Shown one piece after another: positions 1 through 13,247 of a stretch of 64,000 nt of DNA; position 1 is the first letter of the stretch; each line of letters opens with the position of its first letter. Source of the stretch: Amoebidium appalachense (taxonomy: Eukaryota > Protista > Ichthyosporea); assembly GCA_963693365.1 (NCBI GenBank), contig CAVNZM010000011.1, forward strand, positions 2,030,989-2,094,988, read 5' to 3'. The position numbers were made by a program, and so were the translations under genes. The notes below the pieces were generated by a model. The model did no database searches and was not told where the DNA came from. It saw nothing but the letters and a program-made list of their open reading frames with translations.

Positions 1-125
1 CGCCCACCTACACATGCACTTTTCGACACACACACACACACACACACATGCACGCGCTGGCACACACACACACACACATACACACACACCGACACACACA
101 CACACATGCATGCTCCTGGGCACAC

Positions 126-178
<53 letters not shown>

Positions 179-221
179 CACACATGCACACACACACACA
201 CACACATGCACACACACACAC

Positions 222-257
<36 letters not shown>

Positions 258-261
<4 letters not shown>

Positions 262-1499
262 TTTGACGCCATCGACCGAATATCCAACAAAGACTATCTC
301 CCCACGGACCAGGATATGCTGCAGGCAAGAATAGTCACCACCGGAATTTTCGAAACGAAATTTGTAATCAACACCGTAGTGTTTCAGTATGCACCCCCTC
401 CCCCCCCCCCCCCCCCCCCCCCCACGCCTTCCACACACACACACACACACACCACCCCCCGGTTCCCCCTCCTCCTCCCCATCCCCCCCAACCTCCGTCT
501 CTGCCCCTCTTTCTTAACTTGCTCCCTTTTTCCCCTCTGGACCTGGACTTGTGAAACATATCCCTAATTCTCGAAGGAAAAACAAAAAAGGAAGTGAAGG
601 TGAAAGGAAATATGGTGATTCTCTCGAGGTGGGGTTGGCTTTTGTTGGTTGTGCTTGGCCGTGGGGTCCAGATCGTGACCACTAGAACTTTCTCGTAGCA
701 GCAGCGCCCGCTCGTCTTTGATCATGACGGGTTGACCCTCCCAAGTTCAGTTGATGCTGCTGTCTGAGTTGGAGAGTCGTATATACACGGGCTAAGGGGT
801 CGAAACTCAGACGCAATTGATGACTTGGGCCTGCCTGAGGATGGACTCTGCTTATGACGCATACTGTGCGCATGGCTGATGTTGCATACTTGAATGTTTG
901 CCTTTGCATGTGTCCTTCGTGTATGCGTACTTCGTACCGTGTTTCGCAGTCAAACCCCCCCAGTCTTCTTTCAGAGGTGTCCTTTCAGGACAGACCACTG
1001 TGTGGAGACCGCTTTACTTCCATGCAACCGGGCATGGTTGCTCTGTGTCGTGCATCTGTAAGGACATACGCATTTTCCGCTGCACTGCATTAGTTTGCAC
1101 ACACATATTCACCGTTTTGCTCACCTTGCTTGCATAAGCAACCCTGCTCGTCTTTGATCAAGACGTGTTGACCCTCCCAAGTTCAGTTGATGCTGCTGTC
1201 TGAGTTGGAGAGTCGTATATACGCGGACTAAGGGGTCGAAACTCAGACGCAATTGATGACTTGGGCCCTCCCTGAGGATGGGCTGTGCTTATGACGCATA
1301 CTGTGCGCATGGCTGATGTTGCATACTTGCCTTTGCATGTGTCCTTCGTGTATGCGTACTTCGTACCGTGTTCCGCATTCAAACCCCCCCCCCCCCCCCC
1401 CTTATCTCCTCCCCCTCCCCCCAAAACAATCGTGCATGGAGGCACGAACACACATACACATACTCAGGCAGACGGCTTTGTGTGCTGATGGCTGGACAC

Positions 1500-1598
<99 letters not shown>

Positions 1599-2229
1599 CA
1601 CTTATTCTGCTACACACAGGCATACACATACACGTACACAAACACACATGCAAACGACATGCACATGCACATGAGCATGCACATATCTGGCTACCATTTT
1701 TGCTGCTGTGATTTTGATATAACTTTTAACAATCGTGTTTGTCAATTAACACCTGCACATACACACCTGCATAGATTTATATGGCGATTCATGCAGAGAA
1801 CAATGTGCCAATGTAGGCGCATGCACAGACACGACCTAAGCATGTACACATGCCATCCAACCTCCACACACAAACACAAACACACTAAATTTATGCACAC
1901 ACGTGTATAAGAGCCACTCACACATGTGCGAAGGGTTATAAAACATGCCGGAACTTGTGTACTCCGTGCAACAAACATAACTCCCTCCCCCTCTCTTTCC
2001 TTTCCCCGTCTTCCCCCCACCCCCACTCCCACTCCTTTCCCCCGTTTTTATAAGACAGGGCCCCACGTACAGATCCAAGTAGATCTCATACCTAATCATA
2101 ACCTGACCCTGCGATTGCTACAGTATGTTTGATGTTGGCGGCCAAAGATCAGAAAGAAGGAAATGGATTCAATGTTTTTCAGGTACCCCCTTCCCTCCCC
2201 CCCCCCCCCCCCCCCCCCCTTCGCCCTCC

Positions 2230-2269
<40 letters not shown>

Positions 2270-2560
2270 ACCACCACCACCACCACCACCACCACCACCA
2301 CCACCGCTTGTGTTGTCTGCTTTCATGGGTAACACTGTTCTTCTCTGGTCCGGTGACCCATCCATGTTTAGGTGAAGCAGTATCTGAGTTGTGCATTCTC
2401 TACGAGGTGAATGGTTTGAAACTGGATGACTCGGGCCCCACTCCGGCCCCCCGGGAAGATGGGCTCTGCTTATGATACAAGTTTTTGTGTGTGCTTTGCA
2501 AAACTTGCAATGAGTTGTTGGTCATACCATTTAAACGTTGTACTCTGTAACACACATTCT

Positions 2561-2610
<50 letters not shown>

Positions 2611-2706
2611 AAAAAAAAAAAAAAAAACTTGAATGTTTGTCTCTGCATATGTCCTGCAACATGCTTCTCGTCGTGTATGTGTTCTTCGTACCGTGTTCCG
2701 CATTCA

Positions 2707-2744
<38 letters not shown>

Positions 2745-3481
2745 ATCTTTCACACCGTTTATGGCTGTTCAGTTTCTGCGTGTGCACCACGGCACACGTA
2801 CCATCTGCACGGGCTTATTGCTGTCCTGATAATTGCCTATGTGCATTTTGATTGAGCATATTATCTGCAAACTGATTGGGCAACACACAACCAATCAGAT
2901 GTCACGGGGATCATCTTCACGGTGGCCACCAGTGCATACAACCAGTGCCTTAGAGAGGACTCCAACCAGGTACTCATTGCACTCTGCTGTGGCTTCTTCT
3001 TCTTCTTCTTTTTTTTGTGTGTGTGTGTGTGTGTGTGTAGGGGGGGGGGGGGGGGGGGGGGGGGAGGGAGGGGGGGGGGGGGGGGGGGGAGGGGGAGGGG
3101 GGGGGGGGGGGGGGCTGATACAGGGGCAGAGGATGCTTGTGTGTGTACGTCACAAACGCAGTTACCTGTGGGTAAAGCATGATTTGACGCATGTGTATAC
3201 ACATACATTCACACTCACATTGGGATACACATTCACACTCGTGTGCACACACGCGCACTTCCACACACACATGCACACATATGCCCACGTGCACACACAC
3301 GCACACAGACACACAACACTCACACTCACTCTCTCCCCCCCCCCCCCCCCCCCCCCCCCGCCTCCCCGCCTCCCCTCCCACTCGCCAATGTGTGATTCAT
3401 ATCATTGGCGGTTTCGTTTTGGAGGCACCCCCTCCCTGGGCGTGCATTTTGCAAAAATATGACATTTCCTACCTTGTTCCA

Positions 3482-3522
<41 letters not shown>

Positions 3523-3565
3523 AAAAAAAAAAAAAAACTGCATGGAATACATTCACTTAAGTGTG

Positions 3566-3624
<59 letters not shown>

Positions 3625-4079
3625 GGCCGCCCGGCTGCTTATGTCATACACACAACTGCCAAAGCACGCCCACCTGTTCCCAATCAACGGTGGGTTGTGG
3701 GCTATATCTGTACGTTTTACGAGTGCTGACTTTTGGCCAATCAGAATCGACTCGTGGAGGCCCTGGATCTTTTTGACCAAATATGGAGAAATAGGTGGCT
3801 TGCAAAGGTGCCCCCCCCCTCCCCCCCCCCCCCCCCCCCTCCCCCTCCACCATTACCACCACCACCACCACCACCTTTTTTTGCCTGCACAGTTTTTTGT
3901 GCTTTGTTGTTTTTTTGTCTCTTTTTGTGCTTTTTGTGTTTTTTTGTCTCTGCTTCTTTCACTGTGTGCTCTGGTCTGGTTTGCTTCCCATGAGCTAATG
4001 CGCGTTTTCTCGTTTCTGGCTTCCGTTTCCCTGTCTAGGCTCTCGTGTGATGTTACATGAGCTCCTTTTTCTTCTACTT

Positions 4080-4110
<31 letters not shown>

Positions 4111-4388
4111 AATGCTGCATGTGGAGCACCCGTGCTCGTCTTTTGCCGTTTAAGTTAGTTAGGAGCTGCACACAAGAGATTAGTGTCCTTCGATGCGGGT
4201 GTGTCGAGGCCGGTCGCTTTCTGGTTCATACAAGCACTTTCATTCCCCCCCCCCCCCCTCGTACGTGCACTCCGTGCCGTATATCGCATTCAAACCCCCC
4301 TCTCCGCCCCCATCCTCCTCCTCCACCACCACCACCACTACCACCCATCTCCCGTCCCCAGCGCATGCACACAAACATACCCACGTGT

Positions 4389-4420
<32 letters not shown>

Positions 4421-4782
4421 TTTAGCCCTTGTACTTTTGCGCGCAACCCCGAGTTCCACACACGGCCACATAGATGCTTATGGATCTGAAAAGGGTACCC
4501 TGACGCTGCAAGAGAAGTCGTGTGGTGACGTGCGTGTAACTTTGTCCCGTTTTATGCACTGTTCCTTTCACATGATAACAGTGTGTGCACCATACCTTTA
4601 ATATATGCATAATGTGTGTTGACCGGATGGCAATTTTCTTCAGGTTTCTGTGGTGCTGCTGCTTAACAAATGCGACATTTTGCAAGAGAAGATTCAATCG
4701 TTTGAGATGAGTGTGTACTTTGAAGACTACACCGGTACGTATAATCTTCCCCCCCCCCCCCCCCCCCCCCCCCCTCCCCCCC

Positions 4783-4816
<34 letters not shown>

Positions 4817-4860
4817 GTCGACGTCCCCTCCATAAACATACATACATAAGCAATGAAAAG

Positions 4861-4932
<72 letters not shown>

Positions 4933-5234
4933 CACATATGCACACCCCACGCGCACACATGCAAATTGCAAACACAGAGGCAAGGCAAGCACACACGCAC
5001 ACTCATTCACTCGTTCACTCACTCCTTACTCACTCACACACACAGTCACGCACTCAACAAACAGGAAAGAAGAGTGAATATGGAGGGAGATGAAAAACAA
5101 ACATTTTGTAGTTCTAGAAGTGGGAAAGAATGGCAAAAAAAGAGTACGTGGTTATGGGTTTCTGGACTTTTGCAAAGTCGCGGCTAGGCTGGAATACTTG
5201 CGGGAGAAAGGAAACGTAGCCAGCCAGCCATATT

Positions 5235-5280
<46 letters not shown>

Positions 5281-5585
5281 GGGGGGGGGGGGGTAAGAGG
5301 AGGACGAAGGAGGGGGGGGGGCAGGGAGGGGGGGGGGGGGAGGGTTGGGTGAGAGGGGAGAAGGGGGGGGGGGGGGGGGGGGGAGGGTCGCCTGTGGACG
5401 GCAGCTGTGAAACTTGAGTGTTAGTAAGAGCAGAAACGAGCCTGAAGGCTGTTTGGCATTCTCCTTCGTGCTGCTGTGGTTCTATGGTTCTTTCTTTAGG
5501 CCCACTGGGGTTCCTGTCTGTGTCTTTCTCTTTGCTGAGGTTGGGGTATGGTAATGTGGTATCTCATTTCGCCGTGTTCGACGAC

Positions 5586-5652
<67 letters not shown>

Positions 5653-5858
5653 ACGGGGGCGGTGCAGGTGGGGCCAACTTCGAAAAGGCAAAGCAATACA
5701 TCAAAAACCGCTTTGTAGCCATTGGCCAACCGTCGGACCATAAAAGGCTATATCCACACTTCTCCGTTGCCACTGACACCGAGAACATACGCAAGGTCTT
5801 TAACGATGTTAAAGACATCATCTTGCACTTTCACCTCGCGGAGTTCGGCTTGGTATGA
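258..5858 (+). CDS. Heterotrimeric G-protein alpha subunit, 3' six exons (5' end outside window); Gs-like core
   Basis: Phase-consistent GT-AG exons 258-386, 2124-2182, 2899-2969, 3745-3807, 4644-4734, 5668-5858 (TGA). They encode [18 protein letters not shown] (switch I), [20 protein letters not shown] (G3), [33 protein letters not shown] (G4), [22 protein letters not shown] (G5), and C-terminus LAEFGLV. Confidence 0.96.
710..961 (+). repeat. Intronic ~250-bp repeat family, copy 1
   Basis: Near-identical to 1146-1400 (gctcgtctttgatca...cttcgtaccgtgtt..caaacccc); degenerate copy at ~2350-2745. Confidence 0.9.
813..885 (+). ncRNA. Candidate box C/D snoRNA-like sequence inside the intronic repeat
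   Basis: GCAA + TTGATGA (C box 817-823), CTGA 835-838 (D'), CTGA 876-879 (D), closing TTGC 882-885; same layout at 1249-1322. No target confirmed. Confidence 0.3.
1146..1400 (+). repeat. Intronic ~250-bp repeat family, copy 2, ending in a poly-C run
   Basis: Direct repeat of 710-961. Confidence 0.9.
2350..2745 (+). repeat. Intronic repeat family, degenerate copy 3
   Basis: Shares tctgagttg, gatgactcgggcc, gatgggctctgcttatga, ttgaatgtttg and cttcgtaccgtgttccgcattcaaacccc with copies 1 and 2. Confidence 0.7.
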
Positions 5859-6196
5859 CCCGAATTCGGCCCGAATGTGACCAGACTTGGACCCGGTTCG
5901 GCCCGCTCCCAGTTAGTCTATCAGTGAGCTAGTATCAGGGTTTTCCTTGGCCGTGTCGTGCTGCATGGGGGATTCGGGTCGGGTATGGCTCGAACCGGAT
6001 ATGCTTGGTGGTAGTTTGGTCGGTGTAAGGTGCCGTGCAAGTGATTTGCTTCACTTAAAGATTTACTGATAAAGATCCAATTAGTGCGCATAGCAATAGA
6101 CTGTATTATAAGCTTCAAATGAAGTGTTCTCTTTGAGCCGACTCGTGGTCATGGTGATGGCAGTTGTGGTTTTTTCGTTGCTTTGCTTTTTTTTTT

Positions 6197-6312
<116 letters not shown>

Positions 6313-6328
6313 CTTCTTTCCTTCTTTT

Positions 6329-6361
<33 letters not shown>

Positions 6362-6616
6362 GTTGCAGTTAGGAGATGCTCCAGTATGTATACAAATGGT
6401 TTGTGCATACTGACAGACATTGCACGTACACATGGGCACATGTACACCTGCCTGTCTACACAAGCACTGTCCGCTGCGCACACATACATACAAGCAAATA
6501 TGTTGCACACGAACATTAACACACACACACGTGCGTGCACCCGCGCACGCATTCGCATACACACGCACACAAGCATACCCATACTTGCACATGTGTGCAC
6601 ACACACACACACACGG

Positions 6617-6676
<60 letters not shown>

Positions 6677-7182
6677 AGACACAGACACGCACATGCACAA
6701 ACACAAGTAATAGGCGGAACGAAAATGAAGATTGTGAAAATGATGTCAGATTTATGTGGTATTTGGCCGGGAAATTTAACATGTTTCTCAAAATCATAAC
6801 CCGTGCCATGGAAATTGTCAGTCTGCACAAATCTGGGCACGCACCTGGTAGGCTAAGCGCATTATGCCATGTGTCGGCCGATAAGATAATTTGGTTATAA
6901 TCGGCAAGGCCCGGACATAGTAGGTTTTTTGCAGTTTGAGAGTCTGTTTGTATATTTCTTAGGCTGCTACTATGAGTACCCATAAACTACACTTATATAA
7001 CTCATGAGCCCTGTGCTGTGATGATATCGACCCCCCTCCCCCCCCCCTCCCCCCCCCCCCCAAAAAAAAAAAAAAAAAAAATCCCTGGGGGCTGTTTGAA
7101 TCACTCAACTTTCCTGAATGGAGGGCCGGTGTTCAGCTCTAGGCGAGGGGTGGCGGTGGTGGTGGCGGTGGTGGTGACGGTG

Positions 7183-7223
<41 letters not shown>

Positions 7224-7552
7224 TGTGTACACGTGTGACAGTCGTGACTGTGTGTGTGTGCATGTGTTAAATATTTTGTGAGGGGGGGGAGGGGGAGGAG
7301 GGGGGTTGCATTGGACGGGTGACCCTCATCGATCTCTGGCCTGGTGAGGGGCTCACCCGTCCTAAAACACACACACACACACACACACGTGCACACACCG
7401 TGACACACGTCTACGCACACGTGACACACACGTGTACACACACGCGCGCACACACACATGCGATGATTCTGGCGTGACGCGCGCGTGCGCATACACACAC
7501 ACACACAGTGACACACATACACACACTCACTCCGTGGCACCGTATACACACA

Positions 7553-7608
<56 letters not shown>

Positions 7609-7958
7609 TACATCCGGTCCGTGACACCACGGCATAGACATATATAGTACGTGTTTTGTGAATGTCGACCGGTACCACAAAACTGGCACATCACTGCAGT
7701 AGGCGATCACAATACAGGGGAGGGCTGACCGGTGGGTGGGTTGGTGGGTGGTGTGTGTGTGCTTTTTTTTTTTGAGGGGGGGGGGGGGGGAGGAAGGGGG
7801 TACGGACCACGGTCCAGGGGCCTCAAGGACCTTCGGCGAGGCATTAGGGATTCTTGATTTTGAAACGGGGAGGGGGTAGAAGTAACTTTGGGGGGGAACC
7901 CACCCACACCTTTGGACAGGTGGGTCCTTCCCCCCGGAGGGGGCCGGGGGGGGAGGGA

Positions 7959-7992
<34 letters not shown>

Positions 7993-8609
7993 TTTCCGGG
8001 AGCAGGGGAAAGGGGGGGGGGGGGGGGGGGCCACGCACCCAACATATAGTAGTAGGCCATCATGTGACTAATAATCACTGGAGCGGATAACCTGATCACA
8101 TAATAGAAAACTTTTTTAAGAAGCAGGTGACAATTCAACACGTAATTTACGGCTAAGGGATTTTTGGATGTCTCCCCTGGTGGCACCCATCCCCCCATCC
8201 CCCCCCCCCCCCCCCTCCCCCCCCCCCCCCCCCCGTCCGAGGGGGGGTACCATCTGGAGAACTAGTGATAACCCAAAAATTTAAAGGGGATTTGCGGGCA
8301 CAATCAGCCCACCCAATTTCAGATTAATCGATTGAATTTCCCGGGCCCGTCCAGGCAACGGTTATCACTATTTGGCCCTATGCTACCGCCTCCGGGGGGT
8401 GGGTGAGTCCCCCCCCCCCCCCCCCCCCTCTTCCTCCCTCCCTCCCCCCCCCCCCCCCCCTCTTCCTCCCCCCCCCTCCCCCCCCCCCCTTCTTCCTCTC
8501 CCCAAGGTAGCCGCAGGGGTGGGTGGATCCTCCCCTCCCCCTCCGGGTGCCCCCGGAGGAGGGACCCAGCTGGCCGAGTGGGGTGGTGGGTCCCCCTCCC
8601 TCTCCCCCC

Positions 8610-8640
<31 letters not shown>

Positions 8641-8808
8641 ACACATACCCTCCCCTCCTTCCCCCTTCCGCGCATGCACGTGATCATGCCATAGTCTCCT
8701 TCCCACCCAACAAAGGTTGTCTTCGTTTTCACCGTTGTCTTTTTTCCTTTTTGTTTTTTCCCCCTTTTTAAATTTTGCTTCCGTTCTAATTATTAGCTAC
8801 TGATGCAG

Positions 8809-8842
<34 letters not shown>

Positions 8843-8874
8843 CACACACACACATAGACACACACACACGGCAC

Positions 8875-8891
<17 letters not shown>

Positions 8892-8965
<74 letters not shown>

Positions 8966-8981
8966 CGAGAGAGGGGGGAGG

Positions 8982-9041
<60 letters not shown>

Positions 9042-9047
9042 GACAGA
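8892..9047. repeat. (GA)n microsatellite
   Basis: Direct reading. Confidence 0.95.
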
Positions 9048-9502
9048 TACACACACACACACACATACACACACAACACAAACACACACATAAACATATA
9101 AACGCACAAACACACAAAGTTCAACACAAGAGCGCACGCGACTCCTGTAGAATTGGTCTTTCAGTAGAGGATGGTATCATTGACCAATTACCACGCTTTT
9201 GCTGTACACGTGCCATACAGTGGAGATCTAATAAGTATCATTGAAGGCGCAGCATCGTTTGCATGCCCAAACAACACAAACACACACACCAGTTCAAACG
9301 ATCATGTATTACCAAATATAGCTTCAAGCCACATAATAGTGCAGCACACACACGATACATTCACAGCAGACACCCAGAAAGATAGCTCACCCGACATTTG
9401 CAACATGCTTGATTCTATACTTAACACACGTGACTATGATACGGTTTATTAGATGTAGTGATTGGCTTGAGAAACACATAATCACAAAACTCTCACACAG
9501 TG

Positions 9503-9554
<52 letters not shown>

Positions 9555-9617
9555 ACACACACACGCTGACACACACACACACACACTCACACACGCACAC
9601 ACGCACACACACACATT

Positions 9618-9677
<60 letters not shown>

Positions 9678-9729
9678 GCTGACACCGAGAGTCCCAGGGG
9701 TCCCCGTTAGGAAACTTTTTTTAAAAAAA

Positions 9730-9950
9730 AATGGGGAACCCAACTAATTGATTTTCTGATTTTCCTCTTAGTCTATCATAGTGCGGCCATTGGTGCTTTA
9801 TAGCAAGCAAACTCTGATATATAATCATCACCCGACATCTATGTACCTGATCATGATACACCGCTGTGGGTATATTCCGAGCAAAAACCTCCCATACCTG
9901 AGACTGGTCTCTCTTTGCCTCGAGTGAACTGTTACAGCGTAAACCCCATA
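9730..9950 (-). repeat. Dispersed repeat, inverted copy of 57970-58170
   Basis: ggggaacccaactaattgattt...cacccgacatctatgtac.tgatcatgata...attccgagcaaaa...catacctgagactgg...tttgcctcgagt...cagcgtaaacccca is the reverse complement of 57970-58170. Confidence 0.85.
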
Positions 9951-10228
9951 CACTTCCCACCCCTTCGTGCTGATGCTCTTCTTCTGCTGGATGCATACTC
10001 TTTGGTGTTTTTTGCAAGATCTGCTTTGTATCATCCGAACCTCAAGCAAATGTATACTATATGCACTATTACATTTTCGAACGTCGACCTCCACCCCCCC
10101 CCCCCCCCCCCCCCCCCCCCGGGGCCCCTCCCGTCCCTCCCGTCCCACTCACCTCCTTCCTACCCTCCCCCCCCCCTCCCCCCCACCGTGCTCATAGGTG
10201 GCACCTTAAGTGACGTGCACACTGTGAC

Positions 10229-10261
<33 letters not shown>

Positions 10262-10270
10262 CAACACACA

Positions 10271-10356
<86 letters not shown>

Positions 10357-12460
10357 ACCACCACACATACACACACACACACACACACAACACACACATA
10401 ATGCAAGCTACGGCCACATCGCCATGAACTATTTCATAATAATGATTCATGGGGACAAGGCCATCGTGCTGACCGTGCAGTATTCGCCTGCGAATCTGTG
10501 TGACGGTGAATGTAACTGTGTGTGTCACACGGTGGTATGGGTTGGTGTATCTGCATGTTCATGCGTACTAGTCGGGTGCTAATCGCTGGTCAAAGTTTGT
10601 GCACCTCGTGACACTGTGCGTTTGTGATGCTTTGACATGATTGTGCAGGACCTGGTACGTGTGAATTACTATGAAATCAGATGTGCGCACAAGTGTGTGC
10701 GTGTAGTGTGCGAGTGGTAGGACGACTGGAGGGGAGTGCAAGAGAGGGGGGGGTGGAGGAGGAGCAGGGCCCGGGGGGGGGGGGGGGGGGACAGGGGCCT
10801 TGCGCGGGGAGGTCACCGTGGGGGGCCGCTAGGGGGTGGGGGGTGGGGGGGGGGGGGGGAGGGGGGGGAGGGGAGGGAGGGAAAGTATGACCATACTTGT
10901 TAAACGGCAAATAACCCGAGTGTCAGGTGATCAAGAACGAGTCTCCTGTTAGGTAGCCTCAATGTTTGAACGTTTTGGCAATGTATGTGAACCGCTGCTA
11001 AAATATAGTACCTTTCTTTTTTTCTTTTTTTTTTAAACACGTTTTGTTCTCGGAGAGCCTTTGCAGGGCCTCTAGGGAAAGTAGCTAGTCTACCACACAG
11101 CACCCACAGTACACTAGTTAAGGTGCTATCTATGAGTTCAGCTACTTGAAGCTAAACCATCCTCCACAACCTAACAACTTGAAGCTAAAATATAGTACCA
11201 CTATCACTATTATGATCAATTTGAAGTTACTGAGAGTATCTGATAAGTAATAGTCACATGCCGGGTAGTCTACTATGGGGTAGGTGCCGGGGCACACATA
11301 CTCTGATGGATGGTGGGCCCCCCTCCCCCCCCCCTCCCCTCAGCCTGCTAGCCGGAGGGGTGGGTGCCCCCCCCCCACCCCCCCTCCCCCGCCTCCCCTC
11401 CCTGCGCCCCCCCCCCCCCCCCCCCCCCCCCCTCCCCCGGCCCCCTCGCCCCCCCAAGATACTACTACCCCCCTCCCCCGAGCCGTTTCAAAATCAAAAT
11501 CCCTAACGAGTCGGGAGCGGGCTGTATGTGCCATACGGTCATCCCCCCCCCCCCCCTCCCCCTCCCCCCCCCCCCCTCCGGCCCCCAACCCGTGGGCCCC
11601 TCTCTCCCCCTCCCCCCACCTCCTTCTTCGTCCCCCCTCCTGCCCCCCCCCCCGCTTCGCACTCACTGAGTCGCCCCAGCCATGCCGCGTGCACACACTC
11701 AGGCCGCCACACTTTTACGTGTGTTTAATTTGCACGTACCTACACACACATGTCACAGACACGCACACGAGGTGCACAAACTTTGACCAGCGATGAGAAC
11801 CGGGCCGACACACGCATGAACATGCAAATACACCAACGAACACCACACATACACAGTTACATATTCCCGCCACACAAATACGCACACGAACGAGTCGGTG
11901 AGCACGATAACCTTACCCCCCAGTAATTCATAACTTCATAATTAATAGTTGGCCGTTGCATGTGTGTGTGCCACGGTGTGTGTGTGTGTAACGGTCGTGT
12001 GTGCGCGCGCGTGCATGCCATGGCACGTGTGCACGTGCACTATCATTTACATGATATTGCCAAACCATAGAGATATATATATGATATATATATATGTATG
12101 TCTATATATATAATGTATCATATATATATATATAATAGTATATAATTATACATATATTGATATCATATATGATATATTACTTGTGTATGAGCGCTAGCAG
12201 GATGACTTAGAGGGAAGAGCGGGGGGGAAGCCAGTGGGGAGAAATTCAATTTGACAGGGGTGGGCGCCCCGGGGGCAACTTTGAAGGGCCCGAGGTCCGG
12301 AGGTTTTTTTTATTAGAAAATGTTATGGAGCAAATCATAGCGGTGGTGCGCATTAAATTTTGCTGCAGACAACTTGAATTCTTACACAACTTAAAGCAGA
12401 CCTTACAAAGAACACGCAAAGAGAAGAAGAGCACCAGCAAAAAAGGGTGGGAAGTGTGCG
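9950..12460. repeat. Large degenerate inverted repeat (arms ~9950-10895 and ~11530-12460)
   Basis: cacttcccaccc..tgctcttcttc (9951) pairs with gaagaagagca..gggtgggaagtg (~12423-12456); atcgctggtcaaagtttgtgcacctcgtg (~10582) pairs with cacgaggtgcacaaactttgaccagcgat (~11766). Confidence 0.7.
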
Positions 12461-13196
12461 TGAGTGCCCGCCGTGCCGGCATAGTCAGTGTGTGTGTGTG
12501 TGTGTGTGTGCGTACCGTAATTAGATTTATTACTTAGTAACGTGTGGTGCGCGCAACCGCGTGTGTGTTTTGGGGGGGACGTGTGTACAGTCTGTAAGTT
12601 TGCACCTTTTTTTTTGCAAATTTTTGAATTGAAAATTGGGGGGGGGGAATGGGGGGGGGGGAGGGGGGAGGAGAGGGGAGGGAGGGGAGGGGAGGAGGAG
12701 AGGGGAGGGGAGGAGAGGGGAGGGGGGGGGGGAGGGGGGGGGAGGGGGGAGGGGGGGGGGGGAGGGGGGGAAGGGGGCCCGGGCGCAATTTGCCAAATGG
12801 TGAGTTACATTTACATGAAGATTTTTGAACCTCAGGAAAGCCGGGGCCTCTGGGGGGGAGTATTATCATCGAGTCTACGTGTCCCCCCTTATCCCCCCCT
12901 TACCCCCCTCCCCCTCTCCCCCTGAGGCTCCCCACCATACCACAGGGGTGGGTGGGTCTCCCCTCCCTCCCCCTCCCCCCCCCCCTCCCCCCCCCCCCCC
13001 CCCCCCCCCCCCCTCAACCCTTCCCTCCTCTCCCCCTCAGTCCCCCCGCCTCCGCCCTCTCCCGCGCGTGGCACTGATCGTGATCATCTCTTTTCCGCTC
13101 ACCAAAGATTGTATTCCGGTTGCTTTTTTTTATTTTAAAATCCCCTTTTTTGGAGGAATTTCTTCGGTTTTGGCCACTCAGTCTGATCCATATATA

Positions 13197-13247
<51 letters not shown>

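Noticed and set aside
761-812. tRNA or tRNA-derived SINE (A/B-box-like motifs)
   Set aside because: Boxes are imperfect and no cloverleaf forms.
5857-5998. Complementary segments after the G-alpha stop (gacccgaat/attcgggtc, ccggttcg/cgaaccgg)
   Set aside because: Only 8-9 bp each and not nested; could be chance.
9171-9452. 93-aa non-repetitive ORF
   Set aside because: No recognisable motif and no partner exons.
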